Assembly: GCA_036172245.1 (NCBI GenBank)
Contig: JAYWIR010000003.1
Location: 6,882,001-6,946,000, forward strand
Reading direction: 5' to 3'
Origin: Raillietiella orientalis
Lineage: Eukaryota
Length of the DNA stretch: 64,000 nt
The notes under the pieces are model-generated. The model was not told the origin of the DNA and did no database searches. It was given only the letters and a program-made list of their open reading frames with translations. Shown one piece after another: positions 1-10,359 of this stretch (position 1 is the stretch's first letter; every line of letters begins with the position of its first letter). A program made the translations under genes and the position numbers.

Positions 1-599
1 CGGTGGGTCGGGGGTGGCTCCCACTCCGCCGGGGCAGCACCAAGCCGTTGCCGACCGCCGCCGTGGCACGGTGCCACGCGCGGAGGCTCACCTCGCCACG
101 CCTTCCGGGTCGCCCCTTGGAGATGGCGCCCCTGCACTCTCCGGAGATCGTCGACGCTAGAGGGGCGGATGTGGGTCGGGTTCCTCCCTTTCACCGCGCC
201 GGCCACAACCCACCTTCGCCCTCCCTTCCCGACCATATCGCCATATAAAATTTAAACAGAACATTTCCATTTTGAAAATAAAAAAATTCAACCCTGGTCC
301 GGTGGTGACAACGCGCCACCGAAGGCGCGGTAGGACTGATGTGGAAGTGGGACAGCAAGGAAGAAAAGAAGGACGCCGGGGTCAAGAAGTTAGCTTCTCA
401 CCCACAACCTGGGAGCAACCTCCCTCCCAGGAGGAAGAGGAAAGGAACTGGAAGTCAACCCGAGCTCCCCATTCTTTGCTTGGCCTCTGGAGACTCCTGT
501 TTTTTGCCCGCAGCGGCGGGGCTCAAGAACGGGCGGACCTGCCCGATTCTCCCTGCATCTCGCGGACTTCTGGGAGGTTGCCAGCCGGTAGAGCGGGTG

Positions 600-1020
600 A
601 CCCCATAGTAGGAGCGGCAGAATTGGTGGGCCGGTGGAGGGCGGGCTGGTCGGACGACGCAGCGACTCCCAGTGCCCGCTCCAAGGGACCTCTCCCTTGT
701 GCAAAACGTACCTGGGCATTCCGCGATCCCTCCCTCTCCACTTGGACAGCCCCGCGGCAGCCACCAAAAAGAGGCGTTGCTTTCCATGCAACGGGTGGTA
801 TCTCCGGACGAGGGATGGCAACTTCCCGGGCTGCGTCACAGGCAGGCAGCCGAACACTCCCACGCACCTGCCGCCGGGCTGCCGTGACATTCGGAGCCGC
901 CCGACCCTGGTCTGGTGGTGGCTGGCGCGTGCTCCAAGGATCCCCCCTCTGCCATGGTCTCCTGGTCCCGCCGCTTCAGAGGGAACGCCGCATTCCTCCC
1001 TCCTCCCTCCCTGAAAAGCG
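600..1020 (-). mobile_element. Decayed L1/Tx1-like LINE ORF2 C-terminal (zinc-knuckle) fragment
   Basis: GILGARASHH...GVFGC and FLVAAAGLSKWRGR resemble the zf-RVT region and downstream helix. By-eye match only. Confidence 0.3.
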
Positions 1021-1028
1021 CCGCGCGG

Positions 1029-1093
1029 GATTTTTTCTCGAAATCCCCTTGGAAGCGTTTCCACGTCTTCCAAGGGGATTTCGAGAAAAAATC
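1029..1093. repeat. Perfect 27-bp inverted repeat with 11-nt loop (65-nt hairpin)
   Basis: gattttttctcgaaatccccttggaag (1029-1055) is the exact reverse complement of cttccaaggggatttcgagaaaaaatc (1067-1093). Confidence 0.97.
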
Positions 1094-1348
1094 GTTTCGG
1101 GCTGACCCTGGGGGGGAGTGGGGGAGTGCATCAGCCAGCCATCCGGCATGCCAACAGGGGTTTAGGTGAGATATCAGGTGAACCGAGGCCCGCCCTGGAC
1201 GGGCGCCACCTGCTGCAGGCTGCGTGACTTCCCGGATTTTTTCCGGGACGCCCCTGACCTGGCTCCCTCCCCCCCGTCGACGCGCCTCAACAGGGTGTCT
1301 CCTTGTATTCTCTCGCCTCCATCATCGGCGGGGGAGGCCCGGCGGCCG

Positions 1349-1463
1349 TCAGATGCGGATGGACCCTTTCAGCGAGTCGGGGACGTCCTCCCACGTGGCC
1401 GTGCCCCTCGGGCGTCGCTTCTCCAGCGCTTCCGAGATGACCTCCTCCTTGAAGTCCGTCCAC
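1349..1463 (-). CDS. CNBD2-like terminal exon 8 (WTDFKEEVI...GSIRI*)
   Basis: tttcgctcccag|G acceptor, TGA stop at 1351-1349. Confidence 0.85.
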
Positions 1464-4400
1464 CTGGGAGCGAAATGCAGGCTTGAGTGTGCCACCTCCT
1501 GGAGGGCCGCGGAGCAAGAGCAGCCACCGCTACTCGCGCGTTTGCTTCCGCCCCCTACCCTCTGCTCTGGGGGGCGGAGGTCGCCCACTGACCTGCAACC
1601 GTGGTACATCAGCTTGATGACGTCCGTCTCCGAGGGTAGGTAGCGGTTCAGCTGCCTCCTGGTCATCGTCAGCAGCCCCATGCGCTTGTACTTCCTGAAG
1701 TAGGTCACGGGAATGTGCAGGACCTCGGCCGCCACGCTGCTGACCATCACGTGACAGTTCTCCAGGTTCTCTCCTAAAAAAACGACCAAGATTTGATCCC
1801 CCAGGGCGTCTCGACACCGGATCGCGGGGGCCAGTCACCCACTCCGAAGATGTCCACGGGCCGGAGCTCCGCCACGCGTAGGAAGTGCTTCTCCAACCGG
1901 ACCGGAGGCATCTTGTCCACGTGGTTGCAGGTCACTCCTTTCCTCTCCTCGGGCACGATCTCCAGGTCGCCCAGGAAGACGGACGGGTAGCAGCAGACGG
2001 GTCGGTTCTTCGCGCGGGGGAAGAAGACGTGCAGGACGGGGTTCCTGATCTTCGGCTTGTCCGGGAAAGCAGGGAGGAGGGTGCGACCGCTAACCTCCGT
2101 CGACGAAGACGGCGGCGTCCGCAAGGGGGTTTGACCGGGGATGGGAAGGTGCCCGGAATAGTCTCTAGAGGACTCTGTGATTCTTTGGGTCGTGCTAGAC
2201 GGCAGCAGGTACCCCTCCCAACCAGCGGCCGAACCCCCTTCGGGGTACCTGATCACCACGGAGGACGGCTCGGAGGCGGTCGAGGCGCTCGACGTCTCGC
2301 TCAAGGGGGGCAGCAGGCAGGGAGATGCGCCCTGCGGAATTCCCTTGCCACACGGCGCCCTCCTCCTCCCCCGAGAGGGAGGTGAGGAGGGCTCCTGTCT
2401 CCGGAGCTTCCTGGACCCTCCGCGTTTCCCAAAGTATGGCAGCAGAACGTAGCAGTTGTCCACGGGCTTCTGGAGCTTCATGTCCAGCAGGGGATCGTCC
2501 TTGAGGTGGTCGATGGAGGTGGCCACGGGGACGCCCCTGGCGACCAGGCAGCAGTCGTCGTACGTCCCCCGGTGGTTCAGCTCCTCGAACTCGAGGGTGA
2601 AGTCGTTCTTCCCCTGAGGGCCACTGCCGTTGCCGATGGCGACGGTGGACACTGACGGCTGCTCCGAGCGCGTTCCCAAAAACAACCCCAGGCTGGGCAG
2701 CGCGCCTGCCTCGCTGGGTTGGGAAGACGCAAGCAGCGGATCACGGAAGACCCTCCGCGAGAGCTCCACGCGCTTCGGGCGGTAACCGCCTCCCTGCTTC
2801 CACAGGATCGTCTCCCTGACAACGCTGCAGCTCCCGGACAGGACGCAGTAGAAATACTCTCCGAGGTCGCGGCAGTTGCCTAGGGGGGGAAACAGGTCTC
2901 GCTGGATCGCGTCGTTGCCAAGCCGATCCCGGCTCCGCTCCCATAACCCCATTTTCGAGCCACATCCGATCGGACTCGGGCGCTCACCCTCAAGGGTGCC
3001 CGGGTCCGGCTCGCATGGAACTCACATGGGAGGGCGCGGTGGTGCCATTCCGACCCGCGGGCAGTATCGGATAGGAGGTCGCACCCTGGGTGAGCCATCC
3101 GCTGGCATCCTCTCCCGCAACTGCGAGACTGCAGGTAGAAAGGCTACGAGAGGACCTTCCTGCTTCTGCCCCTCCTCTTCTTCCACTTCCTCTTCCCTCC
3201 CTTCCTCCTCCTCTTTCTCCTAAGATGCTGGTCCGCCAGCTTCCGGGTGGATGGGGGACACCGTCCGCGTCCACCCGCGCGCGGCGTCCAGAAGATGGAG
3301 CATCCAGGACGTCCCGAATCGGTATGCTTGGGGGGCGAATGTTGCCAACTCCCCATCGCGCAGCCTCTTGTTCGATGCACCCCCGAGGGTCCGCTGAGGG
3401 GAAGACGCGAATCTTGAGTGCCGAGGATGCACGGAGCTGAACGAACCCTCCCTTCCATGACCGGGTCCTTCGGTCTTGCCGTTAGGAAGCGCTGCGATCA
3501 GACGAACCGAGTCAAAAGGGGGGGGGGGGGGATCGCGGGAGATGGCGGCCCGAGCGGCCAACTTGCTTCCCGGGATCCTCCCCGCCTGCTGCTTCGAGAG
3601 GACAACGGGATCGTCGGCGTGACCTGAGGTGAACCTCCCCTCCGGGTGACGGGTAGTAGTTTTCGAGGGGACGCGACATGGATGGCGCTCTCCTATTGCT
3701 CACCTCACTCTCGACCAGGTCCACGCAAGGGAGGTCTCTCGGGGCCAGGCGAGCGCCCTGGTGACCACGGGCCTGCACCCGGTGCTTCGACGGATTCGAC
3801 GAAGGGAGGCAGCCCAGAAACCGGGGACTCCATCGGGGGCGGAGATTCGTGAGAGCGCTCCCGCGTCCCCTGTTGCGTACCCGTTTCTCCCAGCCTTTCC
3901 CTCCAAACGGTCCCGGATCCACCCGCGCCTCTTCGACGGTGCTTCCTTGTCTTCAGCAACGAGCGTTCATGGAGGAGAAAGAGTAAGGGAGAAGGAAGGA
4001 AAGAAGAGGAGGAGGGAGAAAGAGAAGGGAAAATGGAAGAGGAGGAGGAGGAAAGGAGGGGCAGAGAAGCCGCGCGGAGGGGAGCTGCGGGATTGCACTC
4101 GCGAGGTCTGGTCGCAGGTGAAAACTTCAGGCACGTCTTTGCGGCGCTCGCGGCGTCTCGCTGGGAAGAGTCGACGCTGCGTGGCTCCCGGAAGACCCCA
4201 CAGGCAGCTCCTTAGCAGCCGTCCGGCGGCTGCCGGTCGTCTGGGACTCGCTGCGCGGATTGAAGGGGCAAAGAAAGGGAGCGGTTACTGAGCAGCACGG
4301 TGTCCTGGCTGTGGTTCCTCAGCAGGCAGTGGTTGCAACAGTCATGGAGCTCCTCTTGCGACCACTCGTGGAAGCAGGGCAGCTGTCTGAGGATGCCCAG

Positions 4401-7226
4401 GCGCCTCGCCCACTGCTCCATCAAGTGCCCCTTGAGGTGTGCGTCGAACGCCTGCCTGTCGAGCGCTAGCAGCTCCATGGGCTCTGGGCAGAAGACGGAG
4501 GCGGGGGCGAGATGCAGGGCCGCTCTGAAACGGCCCTCCGTACCTCTGGATATCACGCTGGCCGTTCTGGTGCCGTCGTGCAGGAGTGCCACTTCCCCGA
4601 AGAGGTCGCCCCTTTCCAAGAGCTTCACCGTTTCCGTGTACGGCAGCCCTGCAAGACAGGGGAGGTCAAGGCCGCGCCTACGCAGTGCCACCCCACCTGA
4701 GACGATGTCGGACCCCGAGACTCGGACCCAGGCCTTCCCGGAGACCACGAAGTAGCAGTACTGGGGCGCGTGTCCCTGGCGCAGGATAACCCTGCCGAAT
4801 GGAACCCGCATGTACTCCAGCGCCCCGGCTAGCTGCTGGAGCTTGTCCTAGGAGACGGGGGGGAGGATAAGAGCAGCTGCTCGCCCGAGGGCGTGAGAGT
4901 CCCGCAGTAACCCCGGCAGAGGGTCGGGTGCCAGGAGGGTTGGATGCGGGGGCGAAGCTCCTCCAAGCTCGGGGGTCATCGGCGTCCTCAGGGTGGCTGT
5001 CCCTGAGGGGCTCTCTTTGGATTCGAGGTCAGAGCGGTCTCCTGCGTCCTCGAAGGTTCGCGCCCTCGAGGAACCGGCGGCGAGCGTCCTTGGGAACCGA
5101 CCCTCCGCGAAGCGGAAGCCCGCAAGCATCTTCCCGCGATCCCGAGCGCGGGTCGTCTCACTGCCCGGCGACTTGGGCCCTTGTGGATCTGCGGGCTAGC
5201 CGCCTCTTTCCGGCAGCGACTTCCCTGCCGGAGGGGTCCCTCGAGGTCGAAGTCGTGGGGGCGGAGCGCGACCTTATCGACGAAGGTCACTGCTGCTCCG
5301 TGGGGGCGCCAGCTGGCACGGGAACTGCGAGAGCTCGCCGTGCAAGGCTGGAGCGGAATCTCGGCACCTGAAGCATCTGTGCGCTCGCGGCAGGCTGCCG
5401 ATTCTGGAGCGCGGTGTCTCTCTTCCAACCATCTAGCGTCGCTCCGGGAAACTACCACGGTTCCTCTGAGCTCTTCGGGTACGCGGGAGCTCTGTACGAC
5501 AACAGGGAGGGAAGGAGGAAGAGCACAAGCCGTGTGGTTGGGTGGTGGCCGATTCCCTGGGCTTTGCCCCCGTTGCCACACCAACTCTGCGGGGCGTCGG
5601 GTGCGATTGCGGCAAGGCGTCTCTCAGGGGATCTCCCCTATCCGAAGGCTGCTCGATGTCCACCGGGGCCGAAGCTCCCTTCACGCGCGCCGAGGGGAGC
5701 CAAAGCCAGACGGAATGGCCAGGTACCTTCCTCGTGAATCTCCGACGCTTCCTCGCGACCTCACTCTACCGCTTCTCCAGTCCGGGGCGGCAGCAACTGA
5801 CCCCCTGTCCCGCTGGCGGACGCGGAGAGTCTCACGGGAAGAAGGCAACTTCCCCTTGCCTGAGTGACATAGGTGCTCCTCACGAGCGCGTCCAGGAGCC
5901 CCAGCCCGGATTAGGGAGGGAGGACCGGGGCGCCCCTCTCGCGCCGCTCTTTTAAGGTGGCCGGCGCCTATCTCGCATCTCCCTCGCCTCCGGACTCTGC
6001 ACTTGACCGCCTGACCTCCGTCCCTGTTGTGACCGCCTCCCTCGCTTCCTCAGGCCCCCTCTCGGGCTGTCGCCAGTTGCACCAAAAGGAGGCCCCGAGG
6101 GTTCCTGGGGCGGAAGCAGCGGCTCTCTCCGAGAAACCCTCCGGCTGCCCCCGAAGGACAGAGGCCGCGCGAGACGGCTGGCCACCCCCTGCAGGTCCTC
6201 TCCTCCCCTTTTTGTTCTTTTTTCCCGCAGGACTCCTCCGCGCGGAGGTCTCCGGAAGGAGGGCGGGGGCCCGCGGCGAGCAGGGCGACCTCACCTTCGA
6301 GAAATCCCTCAGGGCGGTGAACTCCGACAGCAGCGCCTCCGCGACCATCTCTCGGTCGGTGTGGGTCCTCTCAGAGGCAGCTTTCTGGATGGTCTCCTTG
6401 ACCTGGGGGGGCACGGAGGGTTACAGCCGCGCCGGAGGGCTACCGCCTCCAGGTCAAGGATCAAGGATGACCTCCTTGACCAGGCAGTCCTCCCACCTCG
6501 GCAGAGGGGAGACTTCCCTGGCCCTCCCTCTGAAAAGCGTCACAAGGGGTTGGCCCTCCCGCACCCTCCACTTCCAGGGGGGGAGGGGGCCAACAGTACG
6601 ACACCGCGTGCCAGGCAGGTTGAATGGCCGCGGTCCTTTCGTTTCCCTTCCTTCTCATCCCTCCTCCGGTCTTCCTCTTGCCGAGCCCATTGGCCCCCCC
6701 ACAGAACCGCCCGAGGCACGCTAAGGTCGCCCATCCGTTCAGCGGTGGTCGCCTGCAGGCCCCTTGTCCTTCACGGCACTGACCCTCCCGCGAGCTGCCC
6801 TGGACCGCCTCCCTGCCCGTGACCCCCGGTCGCGTCGTCGTGTGGCAACGGCGGGAGGCGAAGGCGGCCGGGCGAGGGAGAATCACCCCCCTCTCGGTCT
6901 CCGGAGATGGCGCCCTCGAAGAAGCAGCGAATTCTCCGCGCGTGCGCGAGGGGGGAAAAGGGAGTCACCTTGGAGGACAGGTAGGGGGTCTTCTTTTTGC
7001 ACCGCTCCAGGAGGCGGAAGGGGTCGCTGTCGTCCAGGAGACCGGCCTCCTCCTCTTCCTCCTCCTCCAGCGGTTTGAAGAACGTTATGTTCTCCAGGAG
7101 GTCCTGGTGGTTCACCTTGTTCTTCCAGTGGACATTCAGGCGGACGCGGTCGATTAGCCTGCAAAAGGTCTTCCCGTAGTAGGACCTCGGCGTCCTCTTG
7201 CGGACGCCCTCCGCCTCCGGGGGCAT
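1349..7226 (-). CDS. Cyclic nucleotide-binding domain-containing protein (CNBD2-like), 8 coding exons, about 717 aa
   Basis: Exons 7226-6969, 6402-6295, 4847-4697, 4648-4544, 4483-4289, 2879-1839, 1773-1593, 1463-1349 sum to 2154 nt. All introns are GT-AG and phases are consistent (0,0,1,1,1,1,2). The spliced protein has a cNMP domain (GRVILRQGHAPQYCYFVVSG...GDLFGEVALLHDGTRTASVISREPMELLALDRQAF), a second degenerate one (YFYCVLSGSCSVVR...LRPVDIFGVGENL) and a CNBD2-type C-terminus (RWTDFKEEVI...DVPDSLKGSIRI*). The start codon and the internal structure of exon 6 are less certain. Confidence 0.85.
1593..1773 (-). CDS. CNBD2-like exon 7 (ENLENCHVMVSS...YLPSETDVIKLMYHGC)
   Basis: tttttttag|GA acceptor and AG|GTCAGT donor. 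Confidence 0.85.
1839..2879 (-). CDS. CNBD2-like exon 6 (second cNMP domain with long insert; may hide further introns)
   Basis: C-rich pyrimidine tract ending tag|GC as acceptor and G|GTGACT donor. One open frame of 1041 nt with domain-like sequence at both ends. Confidence 0.7.
2990..3920 (-). mobile_element. Decayed L1/Tx1-like RT N-terminal fragment in CNBD intron 5
   Basis: Ordered frameshifted motifs ALPNGKTEGPG (GKSPGPDG), NKRLRDGEL, PGSWRTSIL (NWRPISLL), MAHPG (IIHPDQ). Confidence 0.5.
4289..4483 (-). CDS. CNBD2-like exon 5 (EPMELLALDRQAF...DTVLL)
   Basis: tcttctgcccag|AG acceptor and A|GTAACC donor. Phase matches exon 6. Confidence 0.85.
4544..4648 (-). CDS. CNBD2-like exon 4 (phosphate-binding cassette FGEVALLHDGTRTASV)
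   Basis: cctgtcttgcag| acceptor and G|GTACGG donor. Canonical FGE.AL....RTA motif. Confidence 0.9.
4697..4847 (-). CDS. CNBD2-like exon 3 (DKLQQLAGALEYMRVPFGRVILRQGH...SDIVS)
   Basis: gtctcctag|GAC acceptor and G|GTGGGG donor. Encodes the N-terminal cNMP-domain motif. Confidence 0.88.
6295..6402 (-). CDS. CNBD2-like exon 2 (VKETIQK...LRDFSK)
   Basis: cccccccag|GTC acceptor and AAG|GTGAGG donor, 108 nt. Encodes the helical segment preceding the cNMP domain. Confidence 0.8.
6969..7226 (-). CDS. CNBD2-like coding exon 1 (MPPEAEG...YLSSK)
   Basis: ATG in gaagATGc context, protein-like composition, ends AAG|GTGACT in phase 0. Confidence 0.7.
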
Positions 7227-7549
7227 CTTCGGGGGGAAGGGTGGGGCCCGCTCTGTCTCCTTTTTCCTCCTAGGGTGTTCCGGAAGATGCCGGACAGGGT
7301 GGCAGGCCGCGGCGGCGACCGGGCGGGCACTCTGAACTTTGGAATGAATTTCCGATCTTCGAATCCATGGTAACGCGCGGAATGCGCAGAGGACCGCCGC
7401 AGCCCTGCGGAGAGCGGTTCCGGCGGTGGGTGCCGACTACCCCACCCCGCCCTTCGTGCGCCCACGCCGAGGAAAACCAGCCTCGGGGCAACCCCCCGCC
7501 CCCTATCCTTTGGCGGATGCCGGCAGGCGGTCAGACTATGCAGCAGCTG

Positions 7550-8300
7550 CTATCCCCGCCAAGCGCTGCCGCCTAGCGAGGAAGAGGAAGAGGAGGGGAA
7601 AGAGGAGAAGGCCTCGAGCTCTTTTCCGCTGCAAGTCCGCATCTTCCCAAGTCCTTAAGGGTTCATCCCTTGGACCGATTCTCAGCTACCCAGTCGTTGT
7701 CATAGATGGCGCCGCGAGTGCCGTCCTTCCGGACACCGCGCCTGCTTCCGGGATCCCCCGCTCCCGGGCAGCGAAAAAAAAAGGAAAGAAAGGGAAGCCG
7801 AAAGTTCGGAGATTCTTCCTGGAGGACTCGGAGGATTTCCAGTGGTCCGTCAACCCCGTGGCTTCTCCGAGAGTCAGGAAGAGAAATCCTTCGCTCGCCC
7901 GGGGAAGAGACCCTTCGTACCCTCCGGCCCTCTCGTCGCCACCCGCGAAAGGAACACGCAGCTTCAGGAAGGACGCCGGCGCTTGCGTTTCTGGGGAGGG
8001 TTCCGGGCTGCTACCAGGAGTTTCCCTCTGCCCCGGGGCATCTCCTTCCGCCTCCGGTACGTCTAGGACACTCACGTCGTCCGGTGGGTGTCCCAAACGA
8101 CGCCCCTTCCTCTCACCTACACAGGGCATCCATTTTCCGCCCGCATGCATCCTTTCCAAGTCCTTAAGGATTCCTCCTTTGGATCCCTTGCTGCTGCAAG
8201 GGCGCCATGCCTGGGCCCGTTCCCCTCCAGCTCGCCCCGCAGCTTCGGCGCGTTCCTCCTCGTCTTCGTCCTCGCGGTCAATCCGGGACATGTGGAAGCG
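7550..8300 (+). mobile_element. Decayed LINE RT fragment upstream of the CNBD start codon
   Basis: QVLKGSSLGPILS (GVxQGxxLxPxLF), FFLEDSEDFQ (post-YADD) and LRESGREI (SGxKINxxKS) occur in the expected order. Confidence 0.35.
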
Positions 8301-9699
8301 CAATGACCCCCCGCTGGATTTCCATCCCGCAGCGGGGATCGCCGCTCCACAAGAAGAAAGCATGAGCAGCAGCGGGGTTCACCCGCGAGAGCATCCTCTT
8401 CCAGAGGCGCCTCCTAGCAGGTTCTTCCGACGGGGGTGGCCCCTTGTGCTTCGGGGGGCGTCTGGCTGCTTCCCACCAGCAAATCCCGTGGAGGCGAACG
8501 CACCCCCTGCGCGCTCGCGATTTTCTCTTTCACGGCGCCTCACCCGCGGCGGTGTACTTCGTGGCGGTGAACTCGGAGGCGACCAGGATCCGAACTTTCC
8601 GCCTGCCCGACGGAAAGTTCGGGGTCGCACCACGCGCGCCCGCCGTGTCCCGCCCATGGGTGGCCTGCCGTGCTCGGGCCCGAGCTGATGTGCGCCTCGG
8701 TCTGGCCCCCCACGCCGGAAGGCAGGTCGCGGGGTGGGGTCAGATGGAGGCGCAGGACGCCGACCTGGAGCTCGGATCCCCCGCTTCACCCGGCGCTTCG
8801 TGGACGGGACGCGTCGACACCGGCCCAAGGGCAGCAACAGCAGCCTCGTCCTCAGGGACGCCCAGTCGACGTCCAGCTCGGCCGTCGACTGCCCCTGCGT
8901 CTCCCCGCTCGCTTCCAGAGCCTCCAGCAGACAGGCGAGAAGAACGTGGCGTCTGCAACCCCCTAAATCATGAGTTTGCAGGTCCTTCGCTTGCAACAGA
9001 CACATCCCCCCTATGACGTACCGTACTGTATACTGGCCCGAGGTCGTGAACCGCACGCGACGCTGCGCCACCTTCCGTACTCTCGCCTTCCCCCATCCGC
9101 GGAGGGGGAACGACATCCGGCACTTCCCAGGCAATCCGCGGACAACCCTGCCGCCATCCCGAACCGGGTAGCCGCCGCCCACCCGCGCGGCAGATACGAC
9201 CGTCTGCGGCGCCCGGGGGCGCTGCTGCTGCAGCAGAATGGTCGTCGCAGATGGGGCCATCGCTGGTGTCCTGCGATGACCGTTCTCCGAGGGAGCGCCG
9301 CGGGGGCGAAACCAGGATCGGAAACCGCCCGGGCACGTGCCCGCACCATCCCGAAAAAGGCGCAGGTGATTGGCAGGACCTCCGTGCGGCGAATAGCAGG
9401 AGCCGCACCGCCGGAGGCCGAAAAACCGCAACCCGAATTTCTGTCACTTCCAAGCAAACGCGCACGTTTATCCGCGCCTTTCAACTTTGCCGCGTTCCAG
9501 AACATTCCGCGTGCGCACATTCTGCGCGCCACGGCTTCGCGCATCGAAGCACACACGTTCGTGACGCCCTCTCCGAGATGCCGTTATCAGTGACATCACT
9601 GATTTATTTGAATGCTGACGGGAACCCTTTGTATTGCATGATAAGCGGTTGATGACTGCTTGTAATCACGGAAGTCGAGAAATGTAAATGAAATGCACA

Positions 9700-10200
9700 A
9701 AACAATACATAAATAAATAAATTGCCCCCTCCACCCGCCATCGCGATTGCTGAAACTTCCTTTTTCTCGACTGGCTATTAATTCCCGTGAGGCTGGTCTT
9801 CCGGGAACGAAGGCCTCGTCCGCCTCTCTGCCGGTGGCAGAACGTGGGAGAGGATCGACTCCGACCTTCCATCTCGGGAAGCCGAGAGAAACCGCGGAGT
9901 CCCAGGGCTGCAGTCTTCTCTTCCGCGTCATCGTTCCCAGAATCGTCTGCTGGAGTGCCGGCTTTTTTCCTGTTGGGCGCGACCCCCCAAGTTGTCTCGA
10001 CAATCCGGAAGGAGATTTGGAGGTGGCCGAGGAGACCAGCAATCGTGGATGTAGATGGCGCGCTTGAGCTCTCTCCCATCCAGAAAAGGAAGGAGCCCTG
10101 GTTCGGGGAAAGAGGCAGAGGAACGGCTCCCCTCCAGAAAGCTCGTCCGATCATCTCCTCGGAGTAGGCCAACGCCTTGAGCTGATGATGACCCCGATGC
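9700..10200 (-). mobile_element. Possible decayed LINE 3' end
   Basis: RAFWRGAVP...GESSSA resembles zf-RVT, followed by a T-rich 3' UTR-like tract (tttatttatttatgtattgttttg). Confidence 0.25.
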
Positions 10201-10359
10201 ACCCCTAAAAAAAATGTACTTTTATCGCTTTATGTAAGAAATGCCCCGGCATAACCGGGGTGGAACATTGGTGGGGTGGAACCCTTGGCGAAAGCCACGT
10301 GCAGGGAACCTGCCAAAGAGCGATGCTCAGACCGGCGACGTCCCTTCGGCAGCGTGGGG

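Noticed and set aside
62..78. Palindrome cgtggcac-g-gtgccacg
   Set aside because: 8-bp arms in very GC-rich DNA can arise by chance, and there is no supporting context.
4990..5450. LINE endonuclease remnant in CNBD intron 2 (GAAVTFVDKV...DFDLEG)
   Set aside because: Single weak motif. Similarly weak hints at about 8800-9050 and 49250-49620 were also left uncalled.
10182..10210. Hammerhead core CTGATGA (also similar hits elsewhere)
   Set aside because: No stem II followed by GAAA, and no flanking stems.
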